Origin: an uncultured Bdellovibrio sp.
GTDB lineage: Bacteria; Bdellovibrionota; Bdellovibrionia; Bdellovibrionales; Bdellovibrionaceae
Reading direction: 5' to 3'
DNA length: 64,000 nucleotides
Assembly: GCA_963932905.1 (NCBI GenBank)
Contig: CAWVRN010000001.1
Span: forward strand, 507,391 to 571,390
In this document: positions 21,894 through 31,561 of the stretch, piece after piece
How positions within the stretch are numbered: position 1 is the first letter of the stretch
Layout: the number at the start of each line of letters is the position of its first letter
Program-made: the position numbers and the translations under genes
The notes under the pieces: generated by a model
The model's input: the letters and a program-made list of their open reading frames with translations, nothing else
What the model was told of the DNA's origin: nothing
The model's database searches: none

Positions 21894-22839
21894 ATTCATC
21901 ACCTCCATCTTGTAGTTTTAAAGAACCACTTAAAACAGCGTCACATTCAGTGCCTGTTTTAAGTTCGATCCATTCACGTTCTGCTTTTAATTTTTCGCCG
22001 TAAGACTGCGCGCGGGCTTGAGCCGTTGCAGCGACCGCTCCAAGGAGTCCGTTTTCAATGCCGCCCTTGGATCGCCCAAGAACATCTGTTTCCATTGAGC
22101 CTTGAGCAAGACCGCCAACAAAGGTCGTAATAATTTGACCGGCCGTATTCTTGACTCCATCTGAAAAGACTCGACCGATGACACCTGGCTGACCGTCTTT
22201 ACTTAAAGCACTGCCCGCGATCTTTCGAATTTTTCCACTGGGCAAAGATATCTGACTAAACCTAATCTGCGCTCGATCTGTGCCTTTTTGAAAGCTGGCC
22301 TCACCATAAAAACGAGTTCCCGCTGATAAACGCAATCCCGACTCAGTGACTGAATCTAGAATTAGCTCGGCTAACACGGGTACTGATTCCTGCGAAACAA
22401 TAACGTTATCAATTAATCGAAGCGGGAGTCTTTCACCAGCGCGAAGTTGAGTTTTAGCATTCTGACCACTTCCAACGATCATCGATGTATTGTAGTTCAC
22501 TTCATTTCCACCACGCGGAACCGAAAACGAATTGACCGGAGGCCCCCATAAATTTTGAGCTGAACTTGCTTGTGTGGATCTATCTGACGGAGAACTTGAG
22601 TCTTCGTTGGTCTTTGCTTTTTCAATTTTTTCTGTAAACTCAACAGGAACCTCTGTCGGTAAGATAAAAACAACAGAAATAAATAAAACTAAGCCGATGA
22701 CTGCCATATTCCGAAAGGCCTTGAAATTAAGATCCTTTTTCTGACTGACTTCATTTTCTTTAATAAAAATTGATTTTATTTTTAAAAAGAAATTTTTTAT
22801 CCCGCTAAAGATATTTTTTATTTTAGATATTACTTCCAT
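21886..22839 (-). CDS. VirB10/TrbI-like core protein
   Basis: TM, low-complexity linker, GTRFYGEA, RAQIRF, DGQPGVIG. Confidence 0.75.
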   Translation of the reverse strand: MEVISKIKNIFSGIKNFFLKIKSIFIKENEVSQKKDLNFKAFRNMAVIGLVLFISVVFILPTEVPVEFTEKIEKAKTNEDSSSPSDRSTQASSAQNLWGPPVNSFSVPRGGNEVNYNTSMIVGSGQNAKTQLRAGERLPLRLIDNVIVSQESVPVLAELILDSVTESGLRLSAGTRFYGEASFQKGTDRAQIRFSQISLPSGKIRKIAGSALSKDGQPGVIGRVFSDGVKNTAGQIITTFVGGLAQGSMETDVLGRSKGGIENGLLGAVAATAQARAQSYGEKLKAEREWIELKTGTECDAVLSGSLKLQDGGDEYE

Positions 22840-23540
22840 AACGCAACCTCGGAAATAGATATTGAATTCGTTTTTGAACCTTTCAATTCGACGCGAATGG
22901 GTTTTCCTTTAACCAGATCAGATCGTGCAATGGATACACCGATTTTAAGAGGTTTATCCATTGTTAATTTTGTACTTGATAAAAAAAGGCTATTAACAGT
23001 TTTTGAATTGTCACCTTGAAATACCCATACGTCTTCTGGTTTAATTGTCACAAACTCGTTTGGTTTTAGTTTCAGCGACAAATCAAGTAGAACAAAGTCA
23101 TATTGAGAAATACCAATTCGTTCAATTACTAAAATCAAACCGTTTGCATCGCTTGATTTTCCCGATTTCTGCCATCGTACTTGTGAATTTGCACCATCTC
23201 TGAATGACGACAGAATATATACAATATAGTCAGCCGAATCCTGGGTAAGAGTTTGGAGCCGAATATTGTATCGCTTTTTATCGGCCACCAGATATAAATT
23301 GGTTTTGGCACTTCCTCTAAGGGGCTTTATCGTCACAGCCTTATCAAGATATTCAATCTTGAATGCCGATTGATCACCAATGATTGCCGACTGAATGGTT
23401 TCCGGAAGCTGAATGATGGTTGCAATCCCAAGAGCCGTTCTCACTGTTAATATTTGATCGTCACTGTAAACAACTTTTCTTATGTGCGCCGACACACAAA
23501 GTGAAAAAACAGAAACTATGATAAATATAGAATACCTCAT
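22830..23540 (-). CDS. VirB9/TrbG-like core protein
   Basis: Signal peptide, TIIQLPETI..IIGD, IKP...TNL. Confidence 0.75.
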   Translation of the reverse strand: MRYSIFIIVSVFSLCVSAHIRKVVYSDDQILTVRTALGIATIIQLPETIQSAIIGDQSAFKIEYLDKAVTIKPLRGSAKTNLYLVADKKRYNIRLQTLTQDSADYIVYILSSFRDGANSQVRWQKSGKSSDANGLILVIERIGISQYDFVLLDLSLKLKPNEFVTIKPEDVWVFQGDNSKTVNSLFLSSTKLTMDKPLKIGVSIARSDLVKGKPIRVELKGSKTNSISISEVALWK

Positions 23541-24133
23541 CGCGCAGCCTCTTCAGTTTCTTTTGATATATAAACGCCCCAAGGATTCACGATGGTGCGA
23601 TCATCCGTGCCGAAGTGAAAAATGAGTTTCATTTCGGTTGCGGCTTTCAGATTATCAAACTCTGTAATACGATCAGCAAGAACCGTGACCTTTTTTTCTT
23701 TTAGATCAACAGTAATATTCTTTGGATAAACTCGCTGTTTCACTTTCTTTTCGCGAACAAATTTTTGCACTTCGAGCATTGATTTTTCAAAGGCTTGAAC
23801 CAATGACGGAACGACAAAAAACTTTGCTTTACCGAGGGATTCATTAATTGTTTTTTCATCCCAAGAGTATCGATAACTGACATATTCCTTAACCGCAGAT
23901 TCGATTTGAAGATCTGTGATTTTTGTTTCAACTTTTGCAACGGCGCCTGTGCTATCTAAAGCGATAACAAGCGGTCCTTGCTTCACAAGATAGAGCACAA
24001 GCAAAACTTGCAGGAACGTAATGGCAAGAAGGCCCCCGCAAAGATACTTAATATTAAAGTTTTCTGTGGCAAACTGCTGCATGGCTTTTGGGTAGAAACT
24101 CGTTTGTAGCGTGATTTTTTTATTTGTATTCAT
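23537..24133 (-). CDS. VirB8/TraK-like protein
   Basis: Single TM, C-terminal R...NPWGVYI. Confidence 0.7.
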   Translation of the reverse strand: MNTNKKITLQTSFYPKAMQQFATENFNIKYLCGGLLAITFLQVLLVLYLVKQGPLVIALDSTGAVAKVETKITDLQIESAVKEYVSYRYSWDEKTINESLGKAKFFVVPSLVQAFEKSMLEVQKFVREKKVKQRVYPKNITVDLKEKKVTVLADRITEFDNLKAATEMKLIFHFGTDDRTIVNPWGVYISKETEEAAR

Positions 24134-24147
24134 AATGACACCTCCTT

Positions 24148-25023
24148 CTAAGACCCTTTGGGTCTAAATGTTGATTGAATGTTTTGAAATTTCTGACTTG
24201 CATAAGATCTTGTATTTGAAATCATTTCGCGTGATACCTGATGAACAGTGGCAATTCGGGTCGGCAATGCCACGGCAGCTAGTGCCGCAGTAGTTCCAAT
24301 TGTTTGCGCGGTAGCCTGAACACCTTCGCCGATGAGGGATCGCACAATCATTGGAGTAAAAAGCATTGCAATAGCAATGACAAAGTTCATCACGATCAAA
24401 GTTAAATATGATCCATCAGTTTGATAGATGTTTCCAAATGAGAGTGATGTGAGCATTGCCGACATAATCGCCCATATCACCTTCCATAGCGCCACTTCTA
24501 TTAAGCCCTTATAAAGATTTGCTGTAATCCCTGCTGTTTTTGGAAAGACATAGCAGAGAATCATGAGCGGCGCGCAGACCGACAAAAGCACCCAATAAAA
24601 ATAATAAAGCGCAACTGTGATGTAGCGTGCGAGCAGCAAAAGCAAAAAGCTTCCAAAGCTGAGTATGGCCATAAAAAGATCATCAAATTTCAGAAGCAAC
24701 ACGTTTTTTGCGACCGCATAGCTTCTGGATTTTTCTTCTGCCATTCGCATGAAGGTTTCAATTCCAGACATATTGTCAATTTTAAGAGCGAGCCCGTCAC
24801 AAATATCTAGAATCAAATTTGAAACTTCTGGAAATGAAGCCAGCAGCAAAGCCGCAACGAACGATCTTTTTATAATGTCTGGATAATTTGAATCACCAGA
24901 TTTTAAATACCCAAACACTACTGAAAATAAAACAGCCACCGGCAGCATGATATAAAATAAATTACTCAGGCCGTGATGAAGGTCTTTAACTAGTGATCCT
25001 AAAACTTCTAGATTTGGAGTCAT
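24148..25023 (-). CDS. VirB6-like polytopic membrane protein
   Basis: Multiple TMs, position in T4SS operon. Confidence 0.7.
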   Translation of the reverse strand: MTPNLEVLGSLVKDLHHGLSNLFYIMLPVAVLFSVVFGYLKSGDSNYPDIIKRSFVAALLLASFPEVSNLILDICDGLALKIDNMSGIETFMRMAEEKSRSYAVAKNVLLLKFDDLFMAILSFGSFLLLLLARYITVALYYFYWVLLSVCAPLMILCYVFPKTAGITANLYKGLIEVALWKVIWAIMSAMLTSLSFGNIYQTDGSYLTLIVMNFVIAIAMLFTPMIVRSLIGEGVQATAQTIGTTAALAAVALPTRIATVHQVSREMISNTRSYASQKFQNIQSTFRPKGS

Positions 25024-25721
25024 TGGCCACCTCCGATTCTTGGCAGCCTTGTGTCCTTCGGAAGGCTGCCAAAGCCTCGGGATAGCCCCTGATAGTTTTC
25101 TTGGAAGTTTTGGGTCGCAAGTTTCTCTTTTCTAGTATCATAGGCCATATTTTGAGCCATGATTTTTAGCATTTGAGATTGCGTCCGCAGTAGCTGAGTC
25201 GAAACACCGATCAAAACCGCGAGTGCCTGATTCTGAAGTTTCCCGGCCCCTTGGGGACTAACCACTTGCGCATGAAACAAAATTTTATCTCGTTCGACAT
25301 CAACTTGGTCGGCGTAGTCGTACAAATTTCTGTTCATTGAAATGACTTCAGCAACGCTTTGATCTTGCGATCGCATAAGGTCTTCATCCATGCCGCTTGG
25401 AACAACTCCATACACCGATTGAAGAGCCCTTAGAACGGCATCAGCATTATTCAAATTACCATAGACCCCAGGGTTAAAATTGGGATTAATAATTCGAATC
25501 AAGTCAATGCCGCTCCTGACTCCCGCGTTTATGTCGCGCATGAGATCTAAAGTGTCCTTTCCGTTTTCAAGGACGTTTTTTAAAGTAATGACGGTCTGAA
25601 TGGCCTGAGCTAAGATTTGAGTCAGCACCACAACATCACCTCCGAAGAGGTCCGCTTTCGCGGATCTTGGGCCAATAAAAATTATCGCTGCAATTATCAT
25701 CGCAGAAAATTTATTTTTCAT
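25020..25721 (-). CDS. VirB5/TrbJ-like protein
   Basis: Signal peptide, helical Gln-rich, between virB4 and virB6. Confidence 0.6.
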   Translation of the reverse strand: MKNKFSAMIIAAIIFIGPRSAKADLFGGDVVVLTQILAQAIQTVITLKNVLENGKDTLDLMRDINAGVRSGIDLIRIINPNFNPGVYGNLNNADAVLRALQSVYGVVPSGMDEDLMRSQDQSVAEVISMNRNLYDYADQVDVERDKILFHAQVVSPQGAGKLQNQALAVLIGVSTQLLRTQSQMLKIMAQNMAYDTRKEKLATQNFQENYQGLSRGFGSLPKDTRLPRIGGGQ

Positions 25722-28189
25722 GACGCGACCGATTTTGAGAAATTTTGGTAGGCCACTCCAAATGGCGCAAGTTCGCTAGCTTTTATTAAGGCATCTTCTA
25801 ACGATAATCCATCCGACTTTAGCGATTCTAGAAACTGATTGTCGCGGGCATCTGATGTAGAAACCCAATATTCCAATGGTGATGGCTCGATACGAATAAC
25901 TTGCCTTGATTCACCCTCCATCAAAAAGCCTTCACTAAATTGACCTTTGCGCTGCTCAAGACTTTGTATCAATCGCAGTTCCTGGGAATTTAATTTTAAA
26001 GCGTCGCGCAGAACAGCGGTGTCGCCCTTTTGAAGCATGACAAGTTTTGTAGCTGTATTATTTAAAATCGCTGGTCCCATTCCGCTTGCAATAATCTCTT
26101 CCACGCCTTGGGTAATAAAAGTGATTCCGCTGCCAGTTTTCCTAAAGGTACGGGCTGCATATTCCATAAAGGAACTGGCCGCAGGACTCTTCAATAGGTC
26201 CCATGCCTCATCGAGCAAGACTCGTTTTGGAATGGTCCGCTCGGCTTCCACTTGTTCCAAAATAAAATTAGTCAGAATCAAAATCATCACAGATTGTAAA
26301 TCTGGATATTGCGATAGCCCCTTTAAATCAAAGGCAACGATTGGTCTATCCGCTTCAATTTTGCCAGCACCATCCAGCAACTTTCCATAAGGCGTTTTGC
26401 CGGTCCAAGGAAAAAGCATTTTACCAATGCGCTTCAAAGATTCGTCGTTATGGCTAAGACAATACTTAGACAAATCGGAAAGTTTTGGTGACCGCGCTTG
26501 ATTTTCACCACGAACTGAATCAAATACTGCTGTAAGTGCTGCTTCTAACTGGACACGGTCAAATCTGGATAATTTCTCGCCGCTATCAACGACCATTTGC
26601 TCAATCACACTAACAAGACTTTTAATGCGCTCGCCAGTTGGCGGAGCTGATGGGTCGCGAAGTTCAAATGGGTTAATGATATATTCGCCGGTGAGATTAA
26701 TTTCAAAATACTGACCGCCCAGAACTCGAGTCATTTTTTTGTAAGAGCCGCCGATGTCGATAATATACACCCTAGTGCCACGGGCTATTTGCTGAAGCAT
26801 TAAAAAATTGTTGGCAAAACTTTTTCCAGATCCGCTTGAACCTGTAACTAAAGCGTTAAAATTACTAAGCCTGGCCGAATAGGAATTCATTGAATATAAA
26901 GTCCCTAGTCTTGTTTTTAAGAGGCATACTGGTTTTTCATCACCAGTGGCCGCGCCAAAGAGTGGGAAAAAATCGACCAGATTGTTTGTTTTCAACTTTT
27001 TAGATCTTACCAAATTCACCGGTGCCAGCGGCAAATCTGATTTAAATACTTTCCATGCGCCCACGGTCTCTTGAATTCCTTCAGATCCACTGAGCGTTTT
27101 AAATTTAGCTAAGACTTCTTTTGTGTGAAGATTAAGCTTTCGAGCACCGGCTGCTGAATTTTCTTCGCGAATAACAATCATAAGTTGGGCTTGAAAAATT
27201 CTTTGCCCAGTTTCAATAATCTCACGAATCAAATCAGTCGTTTGCGATAGGCGCGATTCACTTTCTAAATCTGAAACCCTATTTCCACTGTTTGCTGATA
27301 GGGAGTGTGCCATTCGCCGCTTTTGGTCAAGCCCCTTCATTTCCTTTGATTGGTCGGGGACGTTGAATGACAAAAATAGTTCATACTTAAAAGGTAAAGC
27401 CAAAAAGCCACTCATCATTCCCGCAAATGTCATTTCCGGAAGTGTCTTAAGCGTTAGAACTCTAGTTTTTTGACTATCAAGAGTAAAGTCTTCTTGATCC
27501 AGCACCAAATCCCCAAAAACAAGTTGTTCTCGCGGTGAATTTCCCTCTATTGCAATACTATTGCAATTTACTTTTGGCGCACCAATTGAGGAAGACCGTT
27601 TAGGGTTCAGATAGCGGTACAATAAATTAATAAAATCATCTTTAGTCAATTCAGACGCTAAAAAACCAAGTGATGAAAGAGATCCTTTTGCGCCCTCTAG
27701 GGACTGCGACAAGGTTTGCAGCTGATCTTCGTATCCTTTTTCAAATTCAACTGAGAACTTTTTTGTTTGCCCTAATGAAAATGAATTTGGTTTTTGCCTC
27801 TGGCTGGTCTTTATAAAAAAGAATAATCTTGGCCTAAATAATTCTCCATCTTCAGTTTGTTTTAATAAAACATTCGATCTCTTTTGATCGAGCGCGCAAA
27901 GAAACTTATTCTCTGTCGTTAATAGATCGACATGCCTTTTAATGACGCCGCCAACATCAGAATCATTGACCACCATAAACTGAGCTGTAACACCTTCTGG
28001 TAAGGAGTTAGCAAATGAACGCAGTCCGAATGCAAGTTGATTGATACGAGCTTCATCGAAGCACTCAATATCTAACGGCAATAACTCTAATCCTGACGAA
28101 AGCGATCCATCGCAAAGAATCGCATGTGATACAGGTTTTGATTCAATTTCCCAAAACGGCAGTTGTTCGCATAATGATGCCTGGTTCAT
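25718..28189 (-). CDS. virB4: VirB4/TraC conjugation ATPase
   Basis: GSSGSGKS, IIDIGGSY, INPF, LLDEAW, ARTFRK, ITQ. Confidence 0.93.
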   Translation of the reverse strand: MNQASLCEQLPFWEIESKPVSHAILCDGSLSSGLELLPLDIECFDEARINQLAFGLRSFANSLPEGVTAQFMVVNDSDVGGVIKRHVDLLTTENKFLCALDQKRSNVLLKQTEDGELFRPRLFFFIKTSQRQKPNSFSLGQTKKFSVEFEKGYEDQLQTLSQSLEGAKGSLSSLGFLASELTKDDFINLLYRYLNPKRSSSIGAPKVNCNSIAIEGNSPREQLVFGDLVLDQEDFTLDSQKTRVLTLKTLPEMTFAGMMSGFLALPFKYELFLSFNVPDQSKEMKGLDQKRRMAHSLSANSGNRVSDLESESRLSQTTDLIREIIETGQRIFQAQLMIVIREENSAAGARKLNLHTKEVLAKFKTLSGSEGIQETVGAWKVFKSDLPLAPVNLVRSKKLKTNNLVDFFPLFGAATGDEKPVCLLKTRLGTLYSMNSYSARLSNFNALVTGSSGSGKSFANNFLMLQQIARGTRVYIIDIGGSYKKMTRVLGGQYFEINLTGEYIINPFELRDPSAPPTGERIKSLVSVIEQMVVDSGEKLSRFDRVQLEAALTAVFDSVRGENQARSPKLSDLSKYCLSHNDESLKRIGKMLFPWTGKTPYGKLLDGAGKIEADRPIVAFDLKGLSQYPDLQSVMILILTNFILEQVEAERTIPKRVLLDEAWDLLKSPAASSFMEYAARTFRKTGSGITFITQGVEEIIASGMGPAILNNTATKLVMLQKGDTAVLRDALKLNSQELRLIQSLEQRKGQFSEGFLMEGESRQVIRIEPSPLEYWVSTSDARDNQFLESLKSDGLSLEDALIKASELAPFGVAYQNFSKSVAS

Positions 28190-28509
28190 AATTCACCCCC
28201 TTTGTTAAATTTTCGATATTGAAAATCTTGTGAGTTGGCCGAGAAAACAGTTGGCGAGATAAGATGCTCAAAATAATGTTGCAGAAACTGATCAGGTTTT
28301 CCTTTCTTAAAGAAAAACAAAATCAAAAAGAGTCCAAGACTTGTTCCAAAAACCATTGGAATCTTCATCGAGGTCGATCCAAAAATTAAATTTTGAACTG
28401 ACAAATTTAAAAGCAAGATCAATACGTCTGACAGCTCCAGACCCAAAATTTTATTTTTTGTTTCTAGTGTTCTTGGGACCGATGAGGTCAATAGATTAAA
28501 ATCACTCAT
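28186..28509 (-). CDS. VirB3/TraL-like membrane protein
   Basis: Two TMs, KGKP motif, directly upstream of virB4. Confidence 0.65.
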   Translation of the reverse strand: MSDFNLLTSSVPRTLETKNKILGLELSDVLILLLNLSVQNLIFGSTSMKIPMVFGTSLGLFLILFFFKKGKPDQFLQHYFEHLISPTVFSANSQDFQYRKFNKGGEL

Positions 28510-28793
28510 TAGCGCACCGTCTGCGATATAAAATCAACAATCGCCTGTGCGCCAAAACCGATGATACTACCAAGAATCGCATACCACATATGCGTCTTGG
28601 CTTTTTCATTGCCGCTCATCAAACTAAAAGCCGCCCATGCAATTCCAATAATAGAAAGTGTCGGTAAAATAACTCGGGTCAATTTCGTCTGAATTCCCAT
28701 TAATGAAGACTCAACACTTGCAAGTCCAAGCTCTGGAACGATCAATAATGCTGCCGTCAGCATAAAAATAAATAAATATGATTTTCTGTTCAT
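28509..28793 (-). CDS. VirB2/TrbC-like pilin
   Basis: AGGAGG RBS, signal peptide plus two hydrophobic helices, IIGFGAQAIV. Confidence 0.8.
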   Translation of the reverse strand: MNRKSYLFIFMLTAALLIVPELGLASVESSLMGIQTKLTRVILPTLSIIGIAWAAFSLMSGNEKAKTHMWYAILGSIIGFGAQAIVDFISQTVR

Positions 28794-28818
28794 AAATGTA
28801 CCTCCTGTGTTAGTTGTT

Positions 28819-29232
28819 TTAAGATGCAAGGCTGTCCTCCAGTCCCTCTGATTTTTCCGGAAACAAGCAAAGGAAAATATTTTCTGGGATTAGCTGAATT
28901 CGTAGCGCAATAAAACTTCCAGCTAGTTTTCCTTCACCGATTCGATACCAGCTTGATTTCATTTCGCCTGTCGGTAATTGGTATTCTTCAAGACTGAGGA
29001 CAACGTACTTGGTATCATCATTGTCATCAGGCAGTATGAAATATTGAGTATTTGGGTGTGTGAATAGTTTAAGGCGAAATTTTTTAGATCCTGCTTTTAA
29101 ATACGCTACGCCAACGCTTTCACCTTCAATGACTTCACCTGATGAAGTCATTTCCCCAGTATAAACGCCATATTTTTCTGATTTACGAATAGGGATCACA
29201 TTACTAAATGAAAAATCGCTAGATTTATTCAT
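28819..29232 (-). CDS. Hypothetical beta-rich protein (DUF736-like ssDNA-binding candidate)
   Basis: Tandem VGVAY / WYRIGEG pattern, acidic tail. Confidence 0.4.
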   Translation of the reverse strand: MNKSSDFSFSNVIPIRKSEKYGVYTGEMTSSGEVIEGESVGVAYLKAGSKKFRLKLFTHPNTQYFILPDDNDDTKYVVLSLEEYQLPTGEMKSSWYRIGEGKLAGSFIALRIQLIPENIFLCLFPEKSEGLEDSLAS

Positions 29233-29480
29233 GCTGAAAACCTTTCCATTTCAAACATTTCAACGACATCCTCCGTCCAGCCACATTCTGAGCAGGTTAG
29301 ATAGCCGTTTTGAAAATCGGTAAGACCAGAACATTCTGGACAGCATTCACCATCATCAGGAGCACCAGATTTTTTAAAGTTAAGGTAACGTCGCTTTAAC
29401 GTCGGACTTGGTTTGCGACGCTCAATAAGTTCTCGTTCTGTGCGATAGATATCGCGCTTATCTTTTAAAGTTCTAGACAT
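29229..29480 (-). CDS. Small zinc-ribbon protein
   Basis: CPECSG...CSECGW; GGAGG RBS. Confidence 0.65.
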   Translation of the reverse strand: MSRTLKDKRDIYRTERELIERRKPSPTLKRRYLNFKKSGAPDDGECCPECSGLTDFQNGYLTCSECGWTEDVVEMFEMERFSA

Positions 29481-29689
29481 TAGAAATTCCTCCATTGGTT
29501 TTCTTCATGGGTTTTGCGAAATGGCTTTGACTCTAGTCGCTCCCAATCGCGTACGGTTAAATCAGCAGCTGAAAACGATTTTTTTAATCTTTCCCAAAAA
29601 CTGATAGGTTCGGCTTTCTCAAGCGTAACAAGCGACAGATTCAATTCCGGCTGAGCTTGGCTACTTTTAAATTTTTCTCTTGCATTCAT
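29480..29689 (-). CDS. Hypothetical first gene of transfer operon
   Basis: 69 aa, AGGAGG RBS, coupled to the next gene. Confidence 0.6.
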   Translation of the reverse strand: MNAREKFKSSQAQPELNLSLVTLEKAEPISFWERLKKSFSAADLTVRDWERLESKPFRKTHEENQWRNF

Positions 29690-29801
29690 AGATGCACCTC
29701 CTTGGTAATTTGTTAGTGAGTTCGTTCAACTGCGAACGACCTTTCACCTTTATAAATTGCAAGTTGGAGACATCTCGGGCGTGGCACGACCGAATTGGGA
29801 G

Positions 29802-29950
29802 CAAGTGATTGATTTGAAAATGAATTTTGGAATTTTTGTAAGTGAACGAATTCATGCAAGGGTGGCGAATGGTCGCCACCCTTGGTTTTCAAGAAGTATT
29901 GAATTTTTAATGTGTTAGCTTAAAAAACAAAGACTGGCGGGGTTCCGCCA
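29802..29950. promoter_or_regulatory. Putative enhancer region: two TGGCG-N6-CGCCA palindromes plus IHF box
   Basis: Palindromes 29863-29878 and 29935-29950; minus-strand AATCAATCACTTG at 29802-29814 fits WATCAANNNNTTR. Confidence 0.55.
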
Positions 29951-30004
29951 TGGTGGAACTTAAAATTTGCCAGTTAGTAGGAATAACGTTGAATTTGATT
30001 TTAG

Positions 30005-31561
30005 TTAGCGAACAACTATAGGGATTTCAGCGATCTGGCTTTTTGGAATTAAATAGACTCCGTATTGAATGCAGGACGCACGAACGTCATCATTGTCGAA
30101 GTGGCCAGTCACAAGGCACCTGATCGCGGCCTCAGGCATATCCTGAAGCCATTTAAGACCGGTGTCTCCGTCTCCCAAGTCGTAATCAAAAAGTAAAGTG
30201 CAATTGTCGGGTTCACTATCGATTTCGTGCTTGATAGGTAATAGCTCGTTGCCATGGCTCATGAACTTAGTTTGCTTTAGTAACTGGGTATCATCGAACT
30301 TCAATTGCCATAAAGCGCGCCCGGACTCTTGGTCATCAAGTACATATATTTTTGAGTCAGAATTAAATTTAAGTCGTGGCAAATACCATTTCGCTCGGTC
30401 ATTGACTGGTAGTCGTATTGTCAGAGTCGATCCTAAACCGAGGCTTGAATTAACTTCAATTGAACCACCCCACGCTGATAAGAATTCTTTCGCATGCCAA
30501 AGGCCGACACCAGTCCCATTTTTTTTGCCAAACGAAAAATCTTTATCGAAAATATTTGGTTGAATTTCTTTTGCAATCCCGCATCCAGTATCTGCAACAA
30601 TAATTTCAACTTCAGCTCCCAAATCTCTGCACCTGATATTGATTCGGCCAGCATTGTTCATTGCCTCTATTGAATTTGTAACTAAGTTTCCTAAAATGGA
30701 TCGCATCTCAACAGGAATATGAGTAGCCAAAGTCGATAAAATCATATCATCGATTTCAAAATGAAAATCAATTCCCTTTGGTACATATAAATCGAGCTCC
30801 CGTCGGGCCTGAACGAGAGTTCCATAAATGTCAGTTTTAGTTTGATCTGAAAGTTCCTCAGTTTTCGTATCGTCAAGTTTGGCAACTAAATCTTTTATTT
30901 GATTTATTGTAACCTGAAGCAAATCTTTATCTTTTGCCACACTAGACGGCAAGCGACCAGGAATTCGCATCAAAGCGGCCAGCGGAGTTCGTAAGTTATG
31001 TCGAACCTGGTGCGCTAGTTCGCTTTTAGCGACCTTTTTTTGTAGTTCGAGATCCCGATGAAACTGCTCGACCAATCGTTTTCTCATAAATCTGGTTTGG
31101 GGAATAGAAACCAGATTTAAAATTAACCAAATGAAAAATGCATAAGAAACAAATCTAAATCGTGAATACTCATAGATAATTGTATCGGCTGGTCCATCAC
31201 TTAGTTCGTTTGAAATTGTAGTTGAATATTCATCTGATGAAAACGCTTTCCAAAAAGTCTTTTTGCCTTCAAGTTCTGCGCTTGGTGGCAAAATGAATGA
31301 GCGATCAGGTACCGTAGATTTGTACCTGATACTTATAAATTTCGAAAGTCTTGCTTCTTGCAGAATCAAAGAGGTTTCTCGAAAATCACCAACTTTAACG
31401 AAACGAGACAACAGCTTAGTATTATCCTCAGCGACTGATTGAATATACAACGTATTAGAAATCAATGCCAACCCGAAAAAAATCAATAGGACCAAAGCAG
31501 ACACAACAATTTGCCGATTTTCAAAATCTTTAATTCTAGTCTCGGGAGTCATCGCAGTCAT
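30005..31561 (-). CDS. Hybrid sensor histidine kinase
   Basis: Two TMs, HNLRTPL H-box, NLVTNS, DTGCGI, GTGVGL, C-terminal receiver (LDD, FDYD, VTG, PK). Confidence 0.92.
   Translation of the reverse strand: MTAMTPETRIKDFENRQIVVSALVLLIFFGLALISNTLYIQSVAEDNTKLLSRFVKVGDFRETSLILQEARLSKFISIRYKSTVPDRSFILPPSAELEGKKTFWKAFSSDEYSTTISNELSDGPADTIIYEYSRFRFVSYAFFIWLILNLVSIPQTRFMRKRLVEQFHRDLELQKKVAKSELAHQVRHNLRTPLAALMRIPGRLPSSVAKDKDLLQVTINQIKDLVAKLDDTKTEELSDQTKTDIYGTLVQARRELDLYVPKGIDFHFEIDDMILSTLATHIPVEMRSILGNLVTNSIEAMNNAGRINIRCRDLGAEVEIIVADTGCGIAKEIQPNIFDKDFSFGKKNGTGVGLWHAKEFLSAWGGSIEVNSSLGLGSTLTIRLPVNDRAKWYLPRLKFNSDSKIYVLDDQESGRALWQLKFDDTQLLKQTKFMSHGNELLPIKHEIDSEPDNCTLLFDYDLGDGDTGLKWLQDMPEAAIRCLVTGHFDNDDVRASCIQYGVYLIPKSQIAEIPIVVR

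Noticed and set aside
29782..29797. Plus-strand TGGCACG as a sigma54 promoter
   Set aside because: No TTGC at -12, and it points away from the transfer operon with no gene to drive.
29667..29879. 70-aa ORF upstream of the transfer operon
   Set aside because: Overlaps palindrome and IHF sites, no RBS or recognisable motif.
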